From contig OY970067.1 in assembly GCA_963705305.1 (NCBI GenBank), forward strand, positions 4,544,001 to 4,608,000: 64,000 bases of DNA, written 5' to 3'. The DNA is from an uncultured Methylomirabilota bacterium (GTDB taxonomy: Bacteria; Methylomirabilota; Methylomirabilia; Methylomirabilales; 2-02-FULL-66-22). Every line of letters begins with the position of its first letter. Position 1 is the stretch's first letter. The notes beneath the pieces are model-generated. The model made no database searches and had not been told where the DNA came from. It saw only the letters and a list, made by a program, of their open reading frames with translations. Shown one piece after another: positions 19,510 to 29,202 of the stretch. The translations under genes were made by a program, and so were the position numbers.

Positions 19510-20445
19510 TCACGACCCGACGGCCAGCTCTCCGGCCCCCTCGACCGTCCGTGCGGCGCGGTGGGCCGTCAGCTCGGCGTGATACGAACTCCGCACCAGA
19601 GGCCCGGAGTACACCGCTCGGAACCCCATCGCGTTGCCGGCCTCCTCCAGCGCCCGGAACCGATCCGGATGAACGAATTCCACCACTGCCAGGTGGTGCG
19701 CGGTGGGCTGCAAATACTGGCCGATGGTCAAGATGTCGCAGTCGACGCCCCGCGTGTCCCGCATCGCAGCCAGAACCTCCTCCTCGGTCTCGCCCAGTCC
19801 CAGCATGAACCCGGTCTTGGTGATCGGCTGGCCCATCTCTTTGGCGAGGCGCAGGACGTCCAGCGATCGCCGGTACCGCGCTTGGACACGGACACGCTTC
19901 GAGAGGCGCTCCACCGTCTCCAAGTTGTGATTGAACACGGTCGGTTCGCTTTGCACCACGGTGCCGATGTGTTCGCGGCTGCCCTTGAAATCCGGCACCA
20001 GAACCTCCACCTGGGCGGCGGGATTGTACTCGCGAATGGCCCGGACCGTCGCCGCAAAATGGGCCGCCCCGCCGTCCGGCAGGTCGTCCCGCGCCACCGA
20101 GGTGATGACGACGAATCGCAGGCCCAGGCGGCGGCTCACCTCCGCCACGTGGCGCGGCTCGTCCGGATCGGGCGGAGCCGGGCGGCCGGTGGTGACGGCG
20201 CAGAAGCCGCAGCTGCGTGTGCAGATCTCCCCCAGCAGCATGAAGGTGGCGGTCCCGCGCGTCCAGCACTCACCCTGATTGGGGCAGCGGGCCGATTCGC
20301 ACACGGTGTGCAGCCGGCCCTGGCCGAGGAGAACGCGCATGCCGTGCACGCGCTCCCAGTGGCCCGATTTGGCGCGGAGCCACGGCGGCAGACGCCGGGG
20401 CGCGGCAGGTGGAGTCTGGATTCCGTCGATCTGGAGCAGGTGCAC
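19510..20445 (-). CDS. lipA: Lipoyl synthase
   Basis: CESARCPNQGEC, radical-SAM CTRSCGFC, GQYLQP, PLVRSSY. Confidence 0.98.
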   Translation of the reverse strand: MHLLQIDGIQTPPAAPRRLPPWLRAKSGHWERVHGMRVLLGQGRLHTVCESARCPNQGECWTRGTATFMLLGEICTRSCGFCAVTTGRPAPPDPDEPRHVAEVSRRLGLRFVVITSVARDDLPDGGAAHFAATVRAIREYNPAAQVEVLVPDFKGSREHIGTVVQSEPTVFNHNLETVERLSKRVRVQARYRRSLDVLRLAKEMGQPITKTGFMLGLGETEEEVLAAMRDTRGVDCDILTIGQYLQPTAHHLAVVEFVHPDRFRALEEAGNAMGFRAVYSGPLVRSSYHAELTAHRAARTVEGAGELAVGS

Positions 20446-20466
20446 TGCTGCCCTCCCGTCCTTCCT

Positions 20467-21861
20467 CTAGGATGCGCGGAGGCGGGCCTTGTGAACGGCT
20501 TCCCCGTGGACGTCGTGCATCGCTTCCGCGACGGCCTCGGGCAGGGTCGGATGGGCGTGCATGGCCTCCGACACCTGCCGGACCGTCAGCCCGTGTCGAA
20601 CCGCCAGCACCCCCTCCGCAATCAGATCGGTCGCGCGCCCTCCCACAATCCCGACCCCCAGCACGGCATCGGTCTCTGCATCCGCGATCACCTTGACCAT
20701 CCCCGCCGTCTCCCCCACACACATAGCCTTTCCCAGGGCGGCGAAATTGAATCGCCCGATCTTCACGGCCCGCCCCTGCTGCTTGGCCGCGGGCTCCGAG
20801 AGGCCCACGCTGGCAATCTCGGGATCGGTGTAGATGCAGTTGGGAATCGCCGAATAGTCCATGCGGGCGTCCGCCCCGGTCGCATTGAAGGCGGCCACCA
20901 ACCCCTGCATGGACGCCACATGGGCCAACAGCGAGATGCCGGTCACATCGCCGATGGCGTAGATGCCTGGCACAGAAGTCTCCATCCGCTCGTTCACCGG
21001 AATGGCGCCCCGCTCCACCCGCACGCCGGCCGCGTCCAGGCCAATGCCGTCGCTGTTCAGGCGGCGCCCCACGGAGACCAAAGCCCGCTCCGCCTCCACG
21101 CTGACCCCGCTGCTGAGATCCGCCCGCACCCCCCCGGCGGTCGGCTCCAGGGCGGTGACCTTGGCATCCGCGTGAAACGTCACCCCCCGCTTCTGCAGGG
21201 CCCCCTGGACGACCCGGACCAGCATCGGATCTTCCATGGCCAGCACCTGCGGCAGCATCTCCACCACCGTGACCTGTGCGCCGAGAGCGGAGAGCATGGA
21301 GGCAAACTCCATCCCGATCACCCCGCCGCCCACGATGAGGAAGGACGTGGGGACGACGGTCATCCGGAGGGCATCGGTGCTGCTCAGGAACCGCTGGCCG
21401 TCGCATGCGACCCCCGGCAGGCTTTGCGGCTCGGAGCCCGATGCGATGATGATCGCCTTGGCCGAAACGGTCTCGCTGCCGCCAGCACCCCGAATTTCGA
21501 CCCGCCGCGCATCCAGCAGACGGCCCGTTCCCTGTTTCAAGGTGACCTTGGCCGCCCCCAGGAGCATGGTCACGCCCTTCACCTGTGTGGCGACGATTTC
21601 GTCCTTTCGCTTCTGGGCCCGCGCCATGTCGAAGGCCCAGGCGTCCGCCCGGACGCCGAAGTCCGCCCCCTCCCGGGCGTGCCTCCACAGTTCCGCCGAG
21701 TGGATCAACGCCTTGCTGGGTATGCAGCCGCGGTTGAGGCAGGTGCCCCCCACAACATCCCGCTCCACCAGACACACGGCTGCCCCGCGCTGCGCCGCAC
21801 GCAGGGCGGCCACGTATCCGCCTGGACCGGCTCCGACGACGACGACGTCGTATGCGCTCAT
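20467..21861 (-). CDS. lpdA: Dihydrolipoyl dehydrogenase
   Basis: GAGPGGYVAA, GGTCLNRGCIPSK, HAHPTLPE. Confidence 0.97.
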   Translation of the reverse strand: MSAYDVVVVGAGPGGYVAALRAAQRGAAVCLVERDVVGGTCLNRGCIPSKALIHSAELWRHAREGADFGVRADAWAFDMARAQKRKDEIVATQVKGVTMLLGAAKVTLKQGTGRLLDARRVEIRGAGGSETVSAKAIIIASGSEPQSLPGVACDGQRFLSSTDALRMTVVPTSFLIVGGGVIGMEFASMLSALGAQVTVVEMLPQVLAMEDPMLVRVVQGALQKRGVTFHADAKVTALEPTAGGVRADLSSGVSVEAERALVSVGRRLNSDGIGLDAAGVRVERGAIPVNERMETSVPGIYAIGDVTGISLLAHVASMQGLVAAFNATGADARMDYSAIPNCIYTDPEIASVGLSEPAAKQQGRAVKIGRFNFAALGKAMCVGETAGMVKVIADAETDAVLGVGIVGGRATDLIAEGVLAVRHGLTVRQVSEAMHAHPTLPEAVAEAMHDVHGEAVHKARLRAS

Positions 21862-21916
21862 TCGAATCGGTCCCTCCGCTGGCTTTTACGGGCCGTATTC
21901 CCCGGCGTGACGGGTC

Positions 21917-22098
21917 ACATGCGGCGGTCGCAACGGACCCGGTGCGCCCCGGTCCCCCACAACAATGAAGCCCCCGTTCGGGGGCTCATCAGCCTTCGGC
22001 GGCGACTGGCGGGCAGGTCGGCAAGCGGCTGACCATATTCCCCCTGAAGATACCAACTCCTCCCCCCGCCGCTTTGGTCCGCCCACGCCGCCGCATGT
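21917..22098 (-). ncRNA. Candidate ~180-nt structured RNA (6S-like rod, or lpdA-lipA leader)
   Basis: Nested complementary pairs ACATGCGGCGG/CCGCCGCATGT, CGGACC/GGTCCG, TTC(A)GGGGG/CCCCCGAA and TCAGCC/GGCTGA; begins right after a sigma70-type promoter. Confidence 0.5.
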
Positions 22099-22101
22099 CG
22101 A

Positions 22102-22130
22102 AGGCTACCAAACGAACCTAGGGGTGTCAA
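22102..22130 (-). promoter_or_regulatory. sigma70-type promoter upstream of the candidate RNA and lpdA
   Basis: TTGACA-N17-TAGCCT with TG at the extended -10 position. Confidence 0.65.
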
Positions 22131-22279
22131 CGGGTTCTTGGCCCGGGAGATCAGCCTTTCGGCGCTGCGCGAGAGTCCGCCTCGGGGAGGAGGGCAATGC
22201 GCAGGCTCTCGCTGTCCGCCGGCGGATCGGAGGAGGTCCTGACCGCTCCGTCCCGTCTCTCCAGCCGGAACCTTCGCGT

Positions 22280-23962
22280 TCACATCCGCTCGGGGGCCCC
22301 CACTCCCAGGAGCTCGAGCGCGTTCCCCACCACCTGCCGCACCGCTGCGACCATGGCCAGCCGCGCCCGGCTCTGCGGTCGGTCTCCCGAGATGACCCGC
22401 TCTTCGCTGTCCTTGTAGCGGGTGAAGTAGCCGTGGAATCCCGCGGCCAGCTCCTGCAGATACGTGGTGACCCGGTGCGGCTCGTAGGCCAGCGCCGCCT
22501 GGAGGACCAGCTCCGGATAGATCGCCAGCCGCTTGGTGATCGCAAGCTCCTCGGGGAGGGTCAAGCGGGAGAGGTCGGCATCCCCGTAGGGGCCGGACAG
22601 GCCCGCCTCCGCCGCCTTGCGCAGGATGCTGCAGGCCCTGGCGTGGGCGTACTGGACATAGAAGACCGGATTGTCCATGCTCTGCCGTTTTGCCACCTCG
22701 ATATCGAAATCCAGCTGGGCCTCCGACCGGCGCGTCAGGAACAGAAAGCGGGCCGCGTCCTTGCCGACCTCGCCGACGACCTCTTTCAGCTCCACGAACT
22801 GGCCCGTCCGCTTCGACATGGGTACCGGCACGCCGTCACGCAGGACCCGCACCATCTGCAGCAGGATCACATGCAGGATCTCCGGGTCGCCGCCCAGCGC
22901 CTGAATCGCCGCCTTGACCCGTGGAATGTAGCCGCCATGATCGGCTCCCCAGATGTTGATGAGCCGCTGGTAACCCCGCTGGATCTTATTGGCGTGGTAG
23001 GCGATATCCGACGTGAAGTAGGTGGGCTCCCCCGTGCTCCGGATCAGGATGCGGTCCTTCTCGTCACCGAAGCCGCTGGCCCGGAAGCCGACCGCCTGTC
23101 CCTCCTCGTACAGATACCCCCCCGCCCGCAGCGTGGCCAGGACGGCCCCGACCTCGCCGGACTCATAGAGGCTCCGCTCTGAAAACCACCGATCGAATGC
23201 GACCCCGAACGCCTCCAGGTCCGCCTTGATCTCTGCCAGGAGGATCTTGGATCCGCGCTCGGCACAGAGGGGGATCGCCTGGTCTGGTGAAAGCTCTGCC
23301 AATCCCGGCTGCTCCGATGCCACACGCTCCGCCACCTCCCGCACATAGTCGCCGTGGTAGCCGTTCTCCGGAAAGCTGTACGGCCTGCCGATCGCCTCCA
23401 TCCGGCGGGCGAACACCGACTCTCCCAAGAGGCGGACCTGGCTTCCCGCGTCGTTGATGTAGTATTCCCGCTGGACCTCGTATCCGACCGCCTGGAGGAG
23501 ACGGCCCACCGCGTCTCCCAGCACGGCCCCCCGGCCGTGTCCCACGTGGAGGGGGCCCGTGGGGTTCGCGCTCACGAACTCGACCTGCACCCGCAGCCCC
23601 CGCCCGACCCCTGCGCGTCCGTAAGCCGGACCGGCGGCCAGCATGTCCCGCAGGGCCTGCTGCCACCACTCGCGCGCCACGAACACGTTGAGGTAGCCCG
23701 CTCCCGCCACCTCCAGCCTCTCTACCACCGCGGGGTCGATCGCAAAGGCCCGGCAGATTCCGTCGGCGATCTCCCGAGGCTTGCGGCGCACCTGCTTGGC
23801 CAGGCCGAAGCTCACCGTAGTGGACAGGTCGCCGAACTGGGCGTCCGCTGGATACTCCCACTGGACGTCCGGCACCGGACACTCCGGCCAGGCATTGGAC
23901 GCGCTCGCCCGGCCGATGGCCGCCACCACCTTCGCAGCTAGAATCTGCTTCAGTCTCTCCAC
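22280..23962 (-). CDS. argS: Arginine--tRNA ligase
   Basis: VEFVSANPTGPLHVGHGRG, WGADHGGY, MSKRTG, YVQYAHAR, C-terminal APERM. Confidence 0.99.
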   Translation of the reverse strand: MERLKQILAAKVVAAIGRASASNAWPECPVPDVQWEYPADAQFGDLSTTVSFGLAKQVRRKPREIADGICRAFAIDPAVVERLEVAGAGYLNVFVAREWWQQALRDMLAAGPAYGRAGVGRGLRVQVEFVSANPTGPLHVGHGRGAVLGDAVGRLLQAVGYEVQREYYINDAGSQVRLLGESVFARRMEAIGRPYSFPENGYHGDYVREVAERVASEQPGLAELSPDQAIPLCAERGSKILLAEIKADLEAFGVAFDRWFSERSLYESGEVGAVLATLRAGGYLYEEGQAVGFRASGFGDEKDRILIRSTGEPTYFTSDIAYHANKIQRGYQRLINIWGADHGGYIPRVKAAIQALGGDPEILHVILLQMVRVLRDGVPVPMSKRTGQFVELKEVVGEVGKDAARFLFLTRRSEAQLDFDIEVAKRQSMDNPVFYVQYAHARACSILRKAAEAGLSGPYGDADLSRLTLPEELAITKRLAIYPELVLQAALAYEPHRVTTYLQELAAGFHGYFTRYKDSEERVISGDRPQSRARLAMVAAVRQVVGNALELLGVGAPERM

Positions 23963-24042
23963 GGACAATCCTCTTGGCTGGACACCCTCGGAGCCGCACG
24001 CCCGTATCCCGGCCGCACCGCCCACGGCGTGCCGGCTGCTGC

Positions 24043-25260
24043 TCAGGTCTGCTCGATCGCCATACCGGGCGCAGGCGCCTCGCACCGCCGAGCGGGGGGC
24101 TCTGGAAATTCGAAGGTCCGGATCTCCATCCGGTCCAGGCCCGTCTGCACCAGCCGGTCGACCGCCAGGCACCCTTCGGCCTTCCGCACCTCCTCCAGGG
24201 TTGAAAAGGTGGCAGGGTGCTGCGGAACGAAGAGGCGGCAGCAGTCCTGATCAGGAATGATGGAGATGTCGTAGGTGCCGAGGGCGCGCGCCTGCCGGAC
24301 GATCTCTTCCTTGTCGCTGCCGATCAGGGGCCGCAGGATCGGCAGGCCCACCGCCTCCTCGATGACGGTCAGGTTGTCGAGGGTCTGGGAGGCCACCTGT
24401 CCCAGGCTCTCCCCCGTCACCAGCGCCTTGGCGCCCTCGCGCCGGGCGATGGCCTCGGCGATGCGGCCCATCAACCGGCGGTACAGGATCACGCGCAGCC
24501 GTGCCGGCGCGCCGGCCACCACCTCCCGCTGAATCTCTCCGAACGGAACGAGGTACAGCCGGGACTCATACTGGAACCGCGTCAGCCGTGCGGCCAACTC
24601 CACGGCCTTGTCCCGGGAGGTGGCGTCCAGGAACGGAAAGCTGTGAAAATGAACGAAGGCGGCCTGGCAGCCCCGCTTCAGCAGGCGCTGGGCCGCCACC
24701 GGGGAGTCGATCCCGCCGGACAGCAGGCACGCCACCTTCCCGCTCACGCCTACCGGAAGGCCCCCGGGCCCCGGCTCTCGACCGAGGGAAAAATAGATCT
24801 GGCGCGGCAGGACTTCGACGTGGACGGTGAGATCGGGCTGCTCCAGGTCCACCGTGGCCCGGGTCCGGGCCGCGACGAAGGCGCCCAACTCTCCGTTGAC
24901 ACCCTCCGATGTCAAAGGAAACTGCTTGAAGGCCCGTCGGGTGGCCACCTTGAAGGTGGTGAACGCCCGGCCCTCGACCGCCTTCCCCACGGCGGCCTTC
25001 AATGCCTCCATGTCCAGACCCACACGCTGGCTCAGGGAGAAGTTGGCGATCCCAAAGACCCATTGCAGCCGCTCGCGGATCGTCTCCCAATCGGCCGTGC
25101 GGTCGAGGGACAGCATCATGCGTCCGGAGCGCTGCTCCACTGCCCGCACGCCCGCCCCGCTGGTGGCGCGGAGCAGATTGGCCTCCAGCCGGCGCAGGAA
25201 CAGGGGCTGGTTCTTCCCCTTGAGGCTGATCTCGTTGTAGTGGACTACCACGCAGCACAC
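24043..25260 (-). CDS. thiI: tRNA 4-thiouridine synthase ThiI (no rhodanese domain); start approximate
   Basis: HYNEISLKGKN, THUMP domain, GGLPVG, LLSGGIDSPVA, TGESLGQVASQT, DCC. Confidence 0.96.
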   Translation of the reverse strand: MCCVVVHYNEISLKGKNQPLFLRRLEANLLRATSGAGVRAVEQRSGRMMLSLDRTADWETIRERLQWVFGIANFSLSQRVGLDMEALKAAVGKAVEGRAFTTFKVATRRAFKQFPLTSEGVNGELGAFVAARTRATVDLEQPDLTVHVEVLPRQIYFSLGREPGPGGLPVGVSGKVACLLSGGIDSPVAAQRLLKRGCQAAFVHFHSFPFLDATSRDKAVELAARLTRFQYESRLYLVPFGEIQREVVAGAPARLRVILYRRLMGRIAEAIARREGAKALVTGESLGQVASQTLDNLTVIEEAVGLPILRPLIGSDKEEIVRQARALGTYDISIIPDQDCCRLFVPQHPATFSTLEEVRKAEGCLAVDRLVQTGLDRMEIRTFEFPEPPARRCEAPAPGMAIEQT

Positions 25261-25405
25261 ACGCACCTCGATGCTGCAGCGTATCATTCTGCCCCGCCGA
25301 ACCAAAGCAGAATGTCGGTCCCGGGGGCACGCACCGAACCGCCGCCTAGAGGACCGGGCCGACGCATCCCATTCGCACCCGGCCTTTCTCGACGGCCGTC
25401 CGCCG

Positions 25406-26041
25406 TCAGAAGCCGACGACGTCTTCGGCGCTGCGCCACAGGTACCAGCAGGCCGCGCTGCTGTGAGGGCGCCAGCTCCGTCCCAGCCGCCCTACCCTGG
25501 CGGGGGTCGGGAGCGTGCGCAGACCATAGGCCTTCCGGACGGCGGCACGGATTCCGAGATCTCCCGCCGCCAGCACATCGGGCCGCCGGAGCGCAAACAT
25601 CAGGAACATCTGGGCGGTCCAGACGCCCACGCCTTTCACCGCCCGCAGCTCTTCGATCACGGCCGCATCCGGCAGCCTCGCCAGGCGGGAAAAATCGACC
25701 ACCCCGCCCCGCACCTTCTCCGCCAGGTCGTGCAGGTAGCCGGCCTTCTGCTGCGACAGGCCCAGGCGGCGAAGTTCCCCCCTCGTCCGACCCAGGATCT
25801 CCTCCGGCGTCATGCGCGAGTCTCGCGCGACCGCGTCCTTGAGCCGGCCGAAGATGGCCCTGGCCGCCCTGCCGGAAAGCTGCTGGAGGACGATGCAGCG
25901 GACCAGGGTCTCGAAATCCGGATCGGCATAACGGATCCGGTACGGCCCCACGCGCTGGATGATCGTCCCCAGAATCGGATCCGCCCTGGCGAGATGCCGT
26001 AAAGCCCGCCGCATCACAAGGGGACGTCCCGTCTTCCCCAT
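25406..26041 (-). CDS. alkA: DNA-3-methyladenine glycosylase II (HhH-GPD family)
   Basis: IVLQQLS, KGVGVWTAQMFLMF, PDVLAAGDLG, WRPHSS. Confidence 0.9.
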   Translation of the reverse strand: MGKTGRPLVMRRALRHLARADPILGTIIQRVGPYRIRYADPDFETLVRCIVLQQLSGRAARAIFGRLKDAVARDSRMTPEEILGRTRGELRRLGLSQQKAGYLHDLAEKVRGGVVDFSRLARLPDAAVIEELRAVKGVGVWTAQMFLMFALRRPDVLAAGDLGIRAAVRKAYGLRTLPTPARVGRLGRSWRPHSSAACWYLWRSAEDVVGF

Positions 26042-26051
26042 CGACCGGGGT

Positions 26052-27380
26052 TCAGGCGGCCAGGGGCGCCATGGCGCCGCTGAGGACCGCCTGTACCAGG
26101 CCTCGGGCGGACGCCCTCACCCGCAGGGCAGGGCGCGCCAAACGAGCCGCCAAGTCATTTATCCGGATGTCATCCAGGAAAACGTCCTCGTCGTCTTTGA
26201 ACGCCACCGCCGGAATGAGGAGGGCACGGCCCAGTGTGGCGCGCCGTCCCTCCAGGGCCTTCAGGATGTCCGCCCCCGTCAGCAGGCCGGCGCAGGTCAC
26301 CGAACCGCCGAAGAACTCGTTCACCACGGGGACCAGATCGAGGTGCAGCCCCTGGATGCGATTCAGACGCTCAATCGCCCCGCGGAGGACGGGAGCGGCC
26401 AGCGTTCCGGTGACAACGGTCAGGCGCCGGGGCGGCAGGGCGGCGCCGGGAAGCTTTGGCTCCAGCCGGCGGAATTCGTCCAGGAACTTCCGGCAACCTC
26501 CGACGCCGTTTCCAAGCTGCGGATACCCCTCGTACGTCCGGCCTCCGGGAAAAGCAAGGCCGCCCAGAAGGTAGAATTCGTCCGAGGGGAACGCCAAGCG
26601 GGTTCTCAGGTCTCTCAGAAACCGCCGGCGCCGCGGCGCCACCCACTCCAGGAGGCTCCGGGCGTATGCCGGATCCGGCGCGCGCAGAGCGGGGAGCTTT
26701 TCGCGGTACTGGGTGAGCCCAACCGGAACCAGGGCCACCGTCCGGACATGGGGGTGAAATCGCGCCAGATCCTCCAGGGTCCGCTGGAGGTGCGGTCCGT
26801 CGTTGATCCCCGGACACAGCACCACCTGGGTATGCATGGCGATCCGGCCGGCCGCGAAGAATCCAATCTGCTCCAGGATGTCTGGCGCGCGCGGGTTTCC
26901 CAGGATCTCGTTCCGCAGCTTCCAGTCGGTGGCGTGCACGGAGACATACAGGGGGCTCAGCCGTTCTCGCACGATCCGCTCCATCTCCGCTGCGGAGAGG
27001 TTGGTAAGCGTGGCGAAGTTGCCGTTCAGAAACGAGAACCGGAAGTCGTCGTCCTTGAAGTACAGGGCGCGGCGCATCCCGCGCCCGTTCTGGTGCGCAA
27101 AGCAGAAGGCGCACTTGTTGTTGCAGGCCCGCATCTTGAGGGGGTCCACCTCCAGGCCCAAGGGCCGGTCTTCCGCCTTCCGGACGCGCGCCCGATGCAC
27201 CATCCCATCCCCGTCCTGCCACACCAGATCCAGGCGCCCGGCCGTCTCGGCGAATCGCAGCGCCAGAGCGTCGGTGACCGGACGCCCGTTGATGCTCAGC
27301 AAGGCCGCCCCGGGGCTCACACCCGCCTGCGCGGCCGGGCTGCCCGCTTCGACCGCATGAATGCCCAATGGCTTGTTCAT
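26052..27380 (-). CDS. DUF512 radical-SAM/Fe-S protein with N-terminal PDZ domain
   Basis: VEAGSPAAQAG (PDZ), CNNKCAFCF, LYFKDDDFRFSFL, QVVLCPGINDG, YPQLGNGVG. Confidence 0.92.
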   Translation of the reverse strand: MNKPLGIHAVEAGSPAAQAGVSPGAALLSINGRPVTDALALRFAETAGRLDLVWQDGDGMVHRARVRKAEDRPLGLEVDPLKMRACNNKCAFCFAHQNGRGMRRALYFKDDDFRFSFLNGNFATLTNLSAAEMERIVRERLSPLYVSVHATDWKLRNEILGNPRAPDILEQIGFFAAGRIAMHTQVVLCPGINDGPHLQRTLEDLARFHPHVRTVALVPVGLTQYREKLPALRAPDPAYARSLLEWVAPRRRRFLRDLRTRLAFPSDEFYLLGGLAFPGGRTYEGYPQLGNGVGGCRKFLDEFRRLEPKLPGAALPPRRLTVVTGTLAAPVLRGAIERLNRIQGLHLDLVPVVNEFFGGSVTCAGLLTGADILKALEGRRATLGRALLIPAVAFKDDEDVFLDDIRINDLAARLARPALRVRASARGLVQAVLSGAMAPLAA

Positions 27381-27520
27381 CCTGCCGTCCTGCATCTCTC
27401 CCAAAGCGGCTTCCCTCTCTCGGGAATCAGGACCCCGAGGTCTGCCGCGACGTCCCCCGCAGGGACGGAGCGTCCGCCCCGCGGCCGGGAGACCCAGCCG
27501 GAGTCCCGTGCGTCCTTGCG

Positions 27521-28054
27521 TCATAAATAATCGTTCAGGAGGCGGGTTCCCCGATAGACATACTGCAGCCCAGAGGCAACTGTGAAGACCAAGGTGACGA
27601 TGGCGAATGGGCAGATCGCAGGTGTGATGAACGGCAGCAGGTCCTTCAGCATGGCCAGCAGAACCGTGGCCAGCTGGAGGCCTGTGGTGATCTTGCCGAC
27701 CCACGAGGGCGGATAGCTCAGCTTGCCGACGAACATGTGCAGGATGACCGCCCCGCCGATGATCAGGACGTCCCGGCTCACCACGATAATGGTAAACCAG
27801 CGCGGGAGCACCTTGAGGATGGTGAGAACGATGATCGTGGAGGTCAGCAAGAGCTTGTCGGCCAGGGGATCCAGGACCATCCCCAGCTCGGTCTTCTGTC
27901 GCCAGGAGCGTGCCACGAACCCGTCGAGGCCATCCGTGAGGCCGGCCAGCAGGAACAGTGCCAGCCCTGCCGCCGTCTGCCGGTAGAGCAGCAGGGTGGT
28001 GATCACCGGCGTCATCAGGATGCGGAGAATGGTGAGTCGGTTGGCCAGCGTCAC
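27521..28054 (-). CDS. CDP-alcohol phosphatidyltransferase family protein
   Basis: ANRLTILR, TDGLDGFVAR...GMVLDPLADK. Confidence 0.93.
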   Translation of the reverse strand: MTLANRLTILRILMTPVITTLLLYRQTAAGLALFLLAGLTDGLDGFVARSWRQKTELGMVLDPLADKLLLTSTIIVLTILKVLPRWFTIIVVSRDVLIIGGAVILHMFVGKLSYPPSWVGKITTGLQLATVLLAMLKDLLPFITPAICPFAIVTLVFTVASGLQYVYRGTRLLNDYL

Positions 28055-29202
28055 AGTCTCGCCTCGGCGCGTTCGATCGACTCGGCCGCGGGCCCTCCCC
28101 CGGGCCGGATCGTTCCGTCCAGGCAGGTCGCGATTTCTTCCCGCAGGTCATCCAGCCCGACTCCCGTCCGGGCCGACACGGCCACACGCCCGCTCCCCCG
28201 CCGCCAGGAGAACGGCGCGTGCGCCAGCCGGTCGACCTTGTTGCAGACGAGGATGGTGGGACGGTCGGAAAGGCCCAGCTCGCCCAGCACGCTCTCCACC
28301 GCCGTCTGCTGCAGGCCGGCATTCGGATGGCTGATGTCCACGACGTGCAGGAGCACGCACGCCTCCTGGATCTCTTCCAGGGTGGCCTTGAACGCCTCCA
28401 CCAGCTGGTGGGGGATCTTTCGAATGAACCCCACCGTGTCCGACAGCAGGGCCGCGCGGCCTCCCGGCAGGACCAGCCGGCGCAGGGTGGGGTCCAGCGT
28501 GGCGAACAGCTGATTCCGGACCGGAACGCCGGCGTGGGTCAGGGCGTTCATCAGCGACGACTTGCCGGCATTCGTGTAGCCCACCAACGCCAGGACGGGG
28601 AAAGGAGCCTTCTGGCGCGGCCGGCGGAGCACGGCCCGATGCCGGCGCACCTGCTCCAGGTCGCGGCGGATCTTGGCCAGGCGCGTTCGGATCCGTCGGC
28701 GGTCCGACTCCAGCTGCGTCTCGCCGGGCCCGCGCGTCCCGATGCCGCCCCCCAGCCGCTCCAGGTGGCTCCAGGCGCCGGCCAGCCGCGGCAGGAGGTA
28801 ATCCAACTGGGCCAACTCGACCTGGAGCTTTCCCTCGCGCGTCTGGGCCCGCTGGGCGAAGATGTCCAGGATGAGTCCGGTCCGGTCCACCACCCGCCGG
28901 CTGAGCAGCTGCTCCAGATTGCGCTGCTGCGAGCCGGACAGCTCTTCATCCAGGATAATGACGTCCACCCCGGCGCATCTCTCCCGGATCTCCAGGGCTT
29001 TTCCCTTCCCGATCAGGTACCGGGGATCCAGCCGGCCGCGGTCCTGCAGGATCGCCTCCGCCACCCGGGCGCCCGCCGACCGCGCCAGCTGCTCCAACTC
29101 GGCCAGGGAATCCTCTGCCTCCCAGCGAGGCTGCCGGTGGCGGACCACCCCGACGAGGAGCGCCGTCTCCCGCGCTCGATGCGTTACGACTTCGTGTGCG
29201 AT
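28051..29202 (-). CDS. hflX: GTPase HflX (probable non-canonical ATC start)
   Basis: DRTGLILDIFAQRA, GTRGPGETQLE, VGYTNAGKS, LFATLDPT, DTVGFI, NKVD. Confidence 0.95.
   Translation of the reverse strand: MAHEVVTHRARETALLVGVVRHRQPRWEAEDSLAELEQLARSAGARVAEAILQDRGRLDPRYLIGKGKALEIRERCAGVDVIILDEELSGSQQRNLEQLLSRRVVDRTGLILDIFAQRAQTREGKLQVELAQLDYLLPRLAGAWSHLERLGGGIGTRGPGETQLESDRRRIRTRLAKIRRDLEQVRRHRAVLRRPRQKAPFPVLALVGYTNAGKSSLMNALTHAGVPVRNQLFATLDPTLRRLVLPGGRAALLSDTVGFIRKIPHQLVEAFKATLEEIQEACVLLHVVDISHPNAGLQQTAVESVLGELGLSDRPTILVCNKVDRLAHAPFSWRRGSGRVAVSARTGVGLDDLREEIATCLDGTIRPGGGPAAESIERAEARL

Noticed and set aside
21960..22040. Fluoride, ZTP or hammerhead-like motifs (GCTGATGA, GACTGGCG)
   Set aside because: Only short fragments match; the required partner motifs are missing and the gene context does not fit.
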